A DNA stretch of 64,000 nucleotides from Planctomycetota bacterium (GTDB lineage: Bacteria; Planctomycetota; UBA1135; UBA2386), in contig JADLFX010000003.1 in assembly GCA_020849665.1 (NCBI GenBank), positions 13,896 through 77,895 of the forward strand, in the 5' to 3' direction. A program made the translations under genes and the position numbers. Shown here piece by piece: positions 15,728-23,140 of this stretch. Positions within the stretch are counted from its first letter, which is position 1, and every line of letters begins with the position of its first letter. The notes beneath the pieces were generated by a model. The model was given only the letters and a program-made list of their open reading frames with translations. It had not been told where the DNA came from and did no database searches.

Positions 15728-18286
15728 ATGCGTCCGCCCAGATCCCCGTTCCGCACCCTGGCCGCCCTCGGCCTCCTGCTCCTGCCGTGGGCGCCCGGTC
15801 CAGGGCTCGCGGCCCAGTCCGCCCCGATCACCGTCGGCGCCGACCGCTTCGGCGTGAAGGCCCCGCGGCCCCCCGTGAGTCCAGGGACCCTCCCGCCGGT
15901 GGCCGCCGAGGGCTGCACGGACCGGCAGATCGAGCCGGTCCTCCCGCCGGTGCCCAAGGGCCGCGGGGGCAATCCCCAGCCGAAGGACCCGCCGGCCGTC
16001 GAAGCGGATCTGCGGGGCCAGCGGGACACCGGGCAATTCGTGTACTTCAAGAACGCCCTGGTGCAGCCGGCGGGCGCACGCCGTTCCACGGCGTCCACGA
16101 TCACGCCGAGCTGCGTCAACGTGCAGGACACCGTCCTGCAGACCGGCAACTGGTACGCGGCCCTGTCCCGGGACAGCGGCCAGACCTGGACCAACCTCGA
16201 TCCAGCCACGTTCTTCCCCGCGCCCGACGGAGGATTCTGCTGCAACCAGCGGGTCGAGTACGTGCCCTCGCACGACATCGCCTTGTGGCTCCTGCAGTAC
16301 GGCTACAGCGCGACCACAGCCAAGGGCAGCTACCAGCTCGCGGTGGCCAACGGCCGCGACGAGCTGCGCAGCGGCAACGCCGCCGACTGGACGCTCTACA
16401 CGTTCGATCCGACCGACTTCGGCTTCGCGTTGCCGGCGGTGCTCGACACGCCGGACATCGCCTTCAACAACGACTGGCTCTACCTGTCGAGCAACGTCAT
16501 CAACGGCGCGACGTTCCTGGGCGCCGTGGTATGGCGCATCAGCCTCCAGGACCTGCGGAACAACGGCAACGTCACCTTCAGCTACGAGACCAACGCGGTG
16601 ATGGGCGGGCACTCGTATCGCTTCGCCAACCGGGCCGGGGATGGCACCAACATGTACTGGGGCACGCTGCTCGACACGACCACGCTGCGCGTGTGGCGCC
16701 AGAACACCATCGGCATCCAGCGCGACTACGTCGACGTGACCACGGCGGCCTGGCAGAACTCGGGTACGGCCGGCTGCCAGGGCCCGGACGGCCGCGATTG
16801 GCTGGGCTCGGCCGTGGGGCGGATCCGCGGCGCCTGTGGCACGGCCAGCGAGCTCGTGTTCGCGTGGGCCAGCCACGGCAACGGCGGCAACCGGCCGTAC
16901 CCCTACACGCGCGTGACCCGGCTCCGCGTGAGCAACCGCACGCTGCTCGGCGAGCACGACGTGTACAACATCGATCGGTGCTGGGCCTACATGGCCCTGG
17001 ACAGCAACACCCTCGGCCACGTGGGCGGCGTCGTGGCCATCGGCGGGCCGTCGATCCACGTGCGGACGTCGGCGTTCGTGATCGACGGATACGACGCCTG
17101 GAGCGGCGTCACCGCCTTCCGCGTCGGCGACCCCACCAACAATCCTCCGGGGCAGGCGTTCGGCCACTACTTCGACGTGCAGCGTTCCTCGGTCGATGCC
17201 CGCACGTTCATCGGCACGGGCAACCTCATGGTCGGTGGCGACCAGCAGGCCCACGTGGAGACCCGGCATCTGTGGTTCGGGCGCGACGACTACCAGCCGT
17301 CGTGGGCGAGGCTCGAGGTGAACTCCACGCCCGTGCAGGGAGTGGCAGTGACGCTGGATGCCACGGACATCAGCGGCCAGCGAAACGGCACGACCAATCT
17401 CGTCCGCAACTTCGTGCCCGGTCAGGGCGTCGAGGTGGATGCGCCCGCGCGGCCGTCGCTCGGAGGAACGGAGTTCCAGTTCCAGCGCTGGGTGCTCAAC
17501 GCGACCCCCCAGCCGGAGGGCCAGCGCAAGCTGGTGATCCGCAGCCTGGGTTCCGCAGGCGCCACCGCGGAGGCGCGGTATCTGGCGGTCCGCTCGATCC
17601 GCTTCGAGGCGAGCGGCCATCTGACCGTTCCCGTGGCGGTGCAGGTCCCCCCCGACCTGGACGGCAACGGCAACGGCCGGACCGTGTTCACGCGCCGCTA
17701 CCTGCAGACCAGCCGGATCTCGATCACGCTCGCGGACCCGCTGGTCCAGGGTCACCCATTCAAGGCCTGGGTAGTCAACGGCAACCGCTATCCGCTCGGC
17801 CAGCAGACCGTGGACTTCACCCTCGGCGGCGCCAACGTCACGGCCACGGCGGAGTTCTACGAGCGCACGCCGGGTGCGTTCCGTGGCTTCGGGACCGGTT
17901 GCGCGGGCAGCAATGGCATCGACGTGCACAGTGGCGGGGGCACCCCGGAGACCAACCAGACCTTGCAGTGGCGGCTCCAGGGTGCGCCCGGCCTGAGCGC
18001 GGCCGTGCTGCTGCTCGGCGCGTCCAACACCAGCTGGGGTGGCATCCCTCTGCCGGCGCCCGTGCCCGGCGGAGGGGACTGCCTCGTGCGAGTCTCGGTG
18101 GACGTGACCCTGCCCACCTCGACCAACGCCAGCGGCGACGCTGCGATCCTGTTCGCGGTGCCGGGCGACGTCGCCCTCATCGGGGCCCGCGTGTTCACCC
18201 AGTACGCAACGGTGGATCTCCCGGCCAACCAGCTCGGGCTCACGCTGAGCAACGGCTTGGAGACCCTGGTGGGCGGCCTGCGTTGA
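15728..18286 (+). CDS. Large secreted protein with a BNR/Asp-box motif and a C-terminal module shared with two other secreted proteins in the window
   Basis: 852 aa. Signal peptide MRPPRSPFRTLAALGLLLLPWAPGPGLAAQ. Asp-box SRDSGQTW. No other family recognised. The C-terminal roughly 125 aa starts at FGTGCAGSNG. Confidence 0.75.
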   Translation: MRPPRSPFRTLAALGLLLLPWAPGPGLAAQSAPITVGADRFGVKAPRPPVSPGTLPPVAAEGCTDRQIEPVLPPVPKGRGGNPQPKDPPAVEADLRGQRDTGQFVYFKNALVQPAGARRSTASTITPSCVNVQDTVLQTGNWYAALSRDSGQTWTNLDPATFFPAPDGGFCCNQRVEYVPSHDIALWLLQYGYSATTAKGSYQLAVANGRDELRSGNAADWTLYTFDPTDFGFALPAVLDTPDIAFNNDWLYLSSNVINGATFLGAVVWRISLQDLRNNGNVTFSYETNAVMGGHSYRFANRAGDGTNMYWGTLLDTTTLRVWRQNTIGIQRDYVDVTTAAWQNSGTAGCQGPDGRDWLGSAVGRIRGACGTASELVFAWASHGNGGNRPYPYTRVTRLRVSNRTLLGEHDVYNIDRCWAYMALDSNTLGHVGGVVAIGGPSIHVRTSAFVIDGYDAWSGVTAFRVGDPTNNPPGQAFGHYFDVQRSSVDARTFIGTGNLMVGGDQQAHVETRHLWFGRDDYQPSWARLEVNSTPVQGVAVTLDATDISGQRNGTTNLVRNFVPGQGVEVDAPARPSLGGTEFQFQRWVLNATPQPEGQRKLVIRSLGSAGATAEARYLAVRSIRFEASGHLTVPVAVQVPPDLDGNGNGRTVFTRRYLQTSRISITLADPLVQGHPFKAWVVNGNRYPLGQQTVDFTLGGANVTATAEFYERTPGAFRGFGTGCAGSNGIDVHSGGGTPETNQTLQWRLQGAPGLSAAVLLLGASNTSWGGIPLPAPVPGGGDCLVRVSVDVTLPTSTNASGDAAILFAVPGDVALIGARVFTQYATVDLPANQLGLTLSNGLETLVGGLR

Positions 18287-18302
18287 GCCCTGGCCTGCGC
18301 CC

Positions 18303-18320
18303 GCGCGGGTTGACCCGCGC
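18303..18320 (+). terminator. Perfect hairpin (GCGCGGG-TTGA-CCCGCGC) 17 nt after the stop of the 15728..18286 gene
   Basis: Read from the sequence: 7-bp GC stem with a 4-nt loop. There is no U-tract, which is common in GC-rich genomes, so the terminator function is an inference. Confidence 0.4.
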
Positions 18321-18365
18321 CCGCCTGGCGCACTACCCTCCCATGCGTTTCCCAGAGGAGGTGCC

Positions 18366-19391
18366 ATGTACGCGATCACGACCATGACGGCCCTCGCCCT
18401 GCTCGCCGCGCCGCTGCTGGCGCAGGGCGACGGCTTCCGGCGCGAGGGGACGCCCGCGCAGCGCAAGGTGAAGGACGCCCTGGAGGGCAAGGCGCCGCCG
18501 GCGCTCGCCGTGCAGGGGTGGTTGAACACCGACGGGAAGGAGCTCGCGCTGGCGAACCTGCGCGGCAAGGTGGTGCTGCTCGACTTCTGGGGCGTCTGGT
18601 GAGGACCCTGCAGGGGTGCCGTGCCGCACCTCCTCGAGCTGGCAGCGAAGCACAAGGACCGCGGGCTGGTGGTGGTGGGGGTCCACACCACGGCCTCGGG
18701 TGAGCAGATGCCCGCATTCGTTGCGGAGCAGAAGATCACCTATCCGGTGGCCGTGGACGTCGACAACCAGACCACGAAGGCGTTCGCGGTCGACAGCTAC
18801 CCCGACTACTACCTGATCGACCGCAAGGGCATCCTGCGGGTGGCCGACCTCGCCAACGGCGAACTCGATCGCGCGCTCGAGGCGCTGCTCGCCGAGCCGG
18901 CCACAGCGGGTGCACCGCCTGCAGCGGAGAAACCCGACGCGGAGGCGCTCTTCACGACGGCCCTGGCCGAGGCGAAGCGCAGCGACCGCAAGGTCCTCAT
19001 CCACGTGCACGGGCCCGGTTGACCCTGGTGCACCAGGCTCGAGGAGTTCCTCGGGCAGAAGGACGTGGCCGGACTGCTCGCCAAGGACTACGTGCTCCAG
19101 GCGATCGACACCGGCAAGCAGCGCAATGCGGAGGCCGTGGTCGCACGCGTGCGGACCGGCAAGGGGCGCGGCATCCCGTGGATGGTCGTGCTCGACCCCG
19201 AGGGCAAGGCCCTGGTCACCAGCGACGGACCCAAGGGCAACATCGGCTGTCCGTACGAGCCGCACGAGATCGCGTACTTCCGCACGATGCTGGAGCAGAC
19301 CCGCAAGCGGCTCGGCGACGCCGACCTCGACGCGATCGTGAAGGCCAACGAGGCATTCGTGGAGCGCCTGAAGCAGGCGCAGAAGAAGTAG
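18366..19391 (+). CDS. Exported tandem thioredoxin-fold protein (TlpA/redoxin-like domain plus thioredoxin_7-like domain) with two selenocysteine (UGA) codons, each in a U-x-x-C redox motif
   Basis: Track ORFs 18366..18602, 18621..19022 and 19065..19391 are all in one frame. They are interrupted only by TGA at 18600-18602 and 19020-19022. Read-through gives [26 protein letters not shown] and KVLIHVHGPG-U-PWCTRLEEFL. A GAGGAGG RBS lies 6 nt before the ATG. The N-terminal signal peptide is MYAITTMTALALLAAPLLAQG. Confidence 0.75.
18613..18633 (+). promoter_or_regulatory. Candidate bacterial SECIS hairpin for the UGA at 18600
   Basis: It starts 10 nt after the UGA. Stem GGGGUGC / GCACC(U)CC is 7 bp with one bulged U. 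The loop is CGUGCC. Folded by hand. Confidence 0.5.
19038..19055 (+). promoter_or_regulatory. Candidate bacterial SECIS hairpin for the UGA at 19020
   Basis: It starts 15 nt after the UGA. Stem CUCGAGG / CCUCGGG is 7 bp including one G-U pair. The loop is AGUU. An alternative perfect palindrome CCUGGUGCACCAGG lies at 19024-19037. Confidence 0.45.
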
Positions 19392-19400
19392 CGGGCTTCG

Positions 19401-19469
19401 GCCGTCCCGACGGCGCGGGTTGCATGCGATGCAGCTGGCATCGAGTGCATGCGGCTGCGATGGCAGCCG
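19401..19469. terminator. Cluster of three hairpins between convergent genes (possible bidirectional terminator)
   Basis: The hairpins are GCCGT-CCCG-ACGGC (19401-19414), GCATGCGATGC-AGCTG-GCATC(GAGT)GCATGC (19422-19452) and CGGCTGC-GATG-GCAGCCG (19452-19469). Read from the sequence. Confidence 0.4.
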
Positions 19470-19490
19470 CCGCGCCGCAAGCCAGGCGCG

Positions 19491-21710
19491 CTATCGCTTC
19501 CCGGAGCCGATCACCTTCTTGGTCCGGGGCATGATCCGGCGCAGCATGTCGAACACGCGCATCCGCCGCAGGAAGCGGACGACCGCCATGTTCTTGAGAG
19601 CCAGGTGCTCGTCGCGGATGCGCTCGAGATCCGCCACGTAGCCGAGATTCTGCGGCGGGACACCCACTACGGCAGGGGCGGCGGGCAGCTCCAGGTTGCC
19701 GAGCAGCGTGGTGCCTTGGGCCAGGAGACCCAAGGTCTCCAGGTAGCCCAGGACGCGGCTCTGGACGTCCTCGGTCACGGGGGACAGCGGGAGATAGAAA
19801 TCGCCGGCGACATCGCCCGTGTGCAGGAACCGGAGCTTGGCGCTGGCTGCTGCGGCGGCCATGAGCCCGCACAAGCGTGCCTCGGGATAGGACAGGCCTT
19901 CCAGGCCTGCGCAGACGCGGAGGGACCCCGCCGGCACCGCGAACACGGGCGGGATCACCGTCCCGGTGAGGAGGAGGTCCTGCAAGCTCGCGTCCGGTAG
20001 GTACGGGAAGAGCTGAGCGTTGGCCGGGCGGAGCCAGAGGAAGGCGCCGCACCCCGCACCATGCTCCATGAGCGTGGTCACCAGCCGGTGCAGCGAGCCG
20101 GGATCGAAGCGCACGCCGGCCTTCACGAACACGACGCAGCGCTGCGGTTCGATCCGGAGCCACGGTGGAGGATCCAGGGGGCTGAAGCGTGCCCATCCCC
20201 CGGGGAGTTCGGGTGGGGGAGTGCCATCGAGCAGGACCGCGACCTGCCACTCGGGCGAGTTGGCCACCTGCGCCCGTAGCGAGTCGATGGACGCCTTGAG
20301 CGCCGCAGCATCGGCCATGCATGCGTCCAGGACCACCAGGCCCTTGCCCGGCAGGGCTGGATTCTCGTAGCCGACCTCGAGGAAAGGAGGGACGTGGGTC
20401 GGTTCCGCCGCGGGGGCCGAACGGCGTTCGCGCTCGACCATGGCTGAGAAGAGATCGAGCTTCTGGCGCAGGATGGTCTCGGGATTCGTGAGACTGCGCA
20501 TGCGCGCCGACGCGTTTGCGCAGAGTGTGGCGCGCAGTCCCTGGTCCGAGAGTACGCGGCGCAGCGCCTTGGCCAACGCGTCGGGGTCGCCCCCGGCGAA
20601 GACCAGGCCGCTGGCGCCATCCTCGACCATCTCCGCGTGCCCGCCGCTGTCGGAGACCACGCACGCTGCACCCAGGCCCATCGCCTCGAGCACCGCGTTG
20701 GGGTGGTTGTCCCAGGGCGCGGCGTGGACGAATGCCCGCGAATCACGCACCGCGGAGAGCACCTGGAGGCGCGGCAGATTGCCGGGCCGCACGACCCGGG
20801 CGAGCACGTTCGCCGGGAGATGTCGTTGCAGGAACGCATCGAACGACTCCCCGTTGCGCCAGGCCTCGCGACCCAGGAACACGAGCTTCAAGTCCGGAAA
20901 CTCGGGCGCGAGCAGGGCGAACGCCTGGGCCAGCGTATCGCTGCCCTTCCGGGGCTCGATGCGGCCGACGGCGACCAGGTAGGGCGAGCCGCCGGTCAAG
21001 GAAGCCGGTGCCGGAGGCAGGTTGGCGGGCAGGTCCACGAAGTAGGGGATCACCGCGCGCAGTTCGGGAAGTGCCCCGCCGAAACGCCGCTCGTAGCGCT
21101 GCAGGAGTGAGCGCGAGGGCGTCTGCAGCGCATCGGCGGCCCGCAGGCAGTATTCCTCGCGTTCCATGCGAAACCGATGTCTGGTTTCGCCGAGCTCGTA
21201 CAGGTGCTTGCTGACCTCCAGGAGTTCGCGCGTGCTGGTGTGACCGATGACGCACACGGGCGGGAACACATTCCTCGCGCCCGACCGGCGGCGCCGGATC
21301 ACGTAGAAGGCCTCGGCGAAGTACTCGGGAACCTCGATCACGTCGAGGCCGACCTCCGCGTGCAGGTACTCCACGAACGCGGCGATCTGGAACGCCGCCA
21401 GGTTCGATGGGTCGAAGGCCCAGAGCGTCGAGCGCCCCGCATACGCCGTCGGGTTGGTGTCGAAGAACCGTGCTCCTGCGTAGGGCTGTTTCTGCTCGTC
21501 GAAGAGGCCCAGCCGGTGGATGGTGAGCCCGCCGGAGCGATAGTGGCGAAGCGTCAGGTGCGGCGCCGTTTCACCGAACCATGCGGAGTTGGTGACCACG
21601 TGGACCTGGTGGCCAGCAGCCACGAAGCGCTTGGCGGCGGCCTCCGTGTAGGTGGCGATGCCGCCCCCGGGGAACGGTGGATACTCGTGCGAGATCAGAC
21701 AGATCTTCAT
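19491..21710 (-). CDS. Glycosyltransferase family 4 (N-terminal GT-B domain) with a roughly 350-aa C-terminal extension of uncertain, GT2-like nature
   Basis: Track ORF 19491..21749. MKICLISHEYPPFPGGGIATYTEAAAKRFVAAGHQVHVVT is a typical GT4 N-terminus, so the internal ATG at 21710 is preferred over 21749. A later motif is VHAAPWDNHPNAVLEAMGLGAACVVSDSGG. Confidence 0.85.
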   Translation of the reverse strand: MKICLISHEYPPFPGGGIATYTEAAAKRFVAAGHQVHVVTNSAWFGETAPHLTLRHYRSGGLTIHRLGLFDEQKQPYAGARFFDTNPTAYAGRSTLWAFDPSNLAAFQIAAFVEYLHAEVGLDVIEVPEYFAEAFYVIRRRRSGARNVFPPVCVIGHTSTRELLEVSKHLYELGETRHRFRMEREEYCLRAADALQTPSRSLLQRYERRFGGALPELRAVIPYFVDLPANLPPAPASLTGGSPYLVAVGRIEPRKGSDTLAQAFALLAPEFPDLKLVFLGREAWRNGESFDAFLQRHLPANVLARVVRPGNLPRLQVLSAVRDSRAFVHAAPWDNHPNAVLEAMGLGAACVVSDSGGHAEMVEDGASGLVFAGGDPDALAKALRRVLSDQGLRATLCANASARMRSLTNPETILRQKLDLFSAMVERERRSAPAAEPTHVPPFLEVGYENPALPGKGLVVLDACMADAAALKASIDSLRAQVANSPEWQVAVLLDGTPPPELPGGWARFSPLDPPPWLRIEPQRCVVFVKAGVRFDPGSLHRLVTTLMEHGAGCGAFLWLRPANAQLFPYLPDASLQDLLLTGTVIPPVFAVPAGSLRVCAGLEGLSYPEARLCGLMAAAAASAKLRFLHTGDVAGDFYLPLSPVTEDVQSRVLGYLETLGLLAQGTTLLGNLELPAAPAVVGVPPQNLGYVADLERIRDEHLALKNMAVVRFLRRMRVFDMLRRIMPRTKKVIGSGKR

Positions 21711-21714
21711 GGCT

Positions 21715-23082
21715 TCATCGTGCCGCGCGGAGTGCGGACCCGGAGTCATGCACGGAGTCCTGCGTCGTATCGGCTGGGTGCCACCGCAGCGCGGCGGGTT
21801 GCAGCCCGGCGCAGTCCTTGTCGTAGCTGCGGGCGCGGTCCAGCCACGCCGCGAGGTGGGGCATCAGCTTCGCCTTGCCGCCCGCCTGGTCGAGTCGGAA
21901 CTCCTCCAGCATCCAGCGCAGGTCCTGCACGAACACGAGGGGGCCCGAGGAGAGCGGGAGCATCCGCTCGTCGAGCTTCTGGACCAGGCGCGTGAGGTGG
22001 TGTGCGTCCTCGTACGCCCCGGACGCGTACAGGCGCTCGGCGGGCTGCACCAGCGGCGCGAGCGAGCCCATCAACGCGAGGTGCAGCGGTGGGAGGAAGC
22101 CTGCGGGAGCGCCCCAGGAGTCGAGCTGGAGCTTGGTGCCGAGCAGCGGCCGCCGGCGATTGCCGCGCCAGTACCACGGCAGCACGCAGCGGCGGACGTA
22201 GTGCCACTGCTCCACTCCGAAGTCCCGGTGCATGGTGTCGCGGAACAGCACCCAGTTCCGATCCACGGGGCGTCCGCCGAAGATGGTGTCGTGGGGGCAG
22301 TGGAACACGTAGGCCCCTGGATCGGAGACGCACGCTGCGCCCATCAGCTCTGCACGCAGGCAGAACTCGTGGTCATCCAGCCCGTAGCTGCCCTCGTACG
22401 CACGGTCGAACCCGCCAAGGCGCCGCCACAAGCTCTTCCGGAACGACAGATTCGCGCCGAACGGCACCAGGTAGTTGGTCGCGGGGAAATGGGCGAACTC
22501 GAGCGTGGTGTACATGCTCGTGAACGGCCCCGACTGCCCCTGCAGGTACTCGAAACGGGGTCCCGAACCGATCGCCAGGGGGTGGCGCAGGTGGATGGCC
22601 TGATGGGATTCGACGGTGTACCGGTCGAACACGCAGTCTGAATCCGACACCAGGATGAGGCCGTCCAGGGCGTTGGCGATGCCGCTGTTGCGCATCGTCT
22701 GGAGGCGATAGCGACCCGCGCGAGGATGGCGCAGGATCCGGTACGGGAGGCCGCACCGCCGCGCGGCCGCCTCCGCGGCGTCTGGGGTCCCGTCGGTGGA
22801 ACCGTCGTCCGACACCACGAGGAGGTCGGGCACCACGGAGCCGCCCGCTACGGACTCGATGACCCGGCCAATCACGTCGGCCTTGTGGTAGGAAACGAGG
22901 ACAAGGGTGACGGGATGCGGGCGGGTGTCCACGGGAAGGTCGGAAGAGTCTACAAGCACGCGCGACCCGGGCTGCAGCACAGTCTTCGCGGCCGCGGAAC
23001 GTCCGTTGGGAGCGATCTGAACCGCGGAACTGGAACGGGACGAGCCGGCTCTGGATCCGGCGCGTGGCACACGCAGCGCCAC
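21715..23082 (-). CDS. Glycosyltransferase family 2 with a C-terminal extension
   Basis: 455 aa with a GTG start. Motifs: VTLVLVSYHKADVIGRVIESV, LLVVSDDGSTDGT, LVSDSDCVF. The true start may be internal. Confidence 0.75.
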   Translation of the reverse strand: MALRVPRAGSRAGSSRSSSAVQIAPNGRSAAAKTVLQPGSRVLVDSSDLPVDTRPHPVTLVLVSYHKADVIGRVIESVAGGSVVPDLLVVSDDGSTDGTPDAAEAAARRCGLPYRILRHPRAGRYRLQTMRNSGIANALDGLILVSDSDCVFDRYTVESHQAIHLRHPLAIGSGPRFEYLQGQSGPFTSMYTTLEFAHFPATNYLVPFGANLSFRKSLWRRLGGFDRAYEGSYGLDDHEFCLRAELMGAACVSDPGAYVFHCPHDTIFGGRPVDRNWVLFRDTMHRDFGVEQWHYVRRCVLPWYWRGNRRRPLLGTKLQLDSWGAPAGFLPPLHLALMGSLAPLVQPAERLYASGAYEDAHHLTRLVQKLDERMLPLSSGPLVFVQDLRWMLEEFRLDQAGGKAKLMPHLAAWLDRARSYDKDCAGLQPAALRWHPADTTQDSVHDSGSALRAAR

Positions 23083-23140
23083 TGCACGGCCGACGGTCTG
23101 CAGGGAGCGGATCCCGAAGCCCGACGCGTGGACTCCGAGC

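Noticed and set aside
18606-19037. Perfect palindromes CCCTGCAGGG (18606-18615) and CCTGGTGCACCAGG (19024-19037) as independent regulatory or restriction-related sites
   Set aside because: They lie inside the coding sequence immediately after the two UGA codons. They are more economically explained as part of, or alternatives to, the SECIS structures. I see no evidence for a separate function.
18366-19391. Treating the three same-frame ORFs as a decayed thioredoxin pseudogene or three small genes
   Set aside because: Both interruptions are TGA, not TAA/TAG or frameshifts. Both fall exactly on the first Cys of a CxxC motif, and both are followed by hairpins. The downstream pieces lack their own RBS or a sensible N-terminus. 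A second, classical Sec gene is also present nearby.
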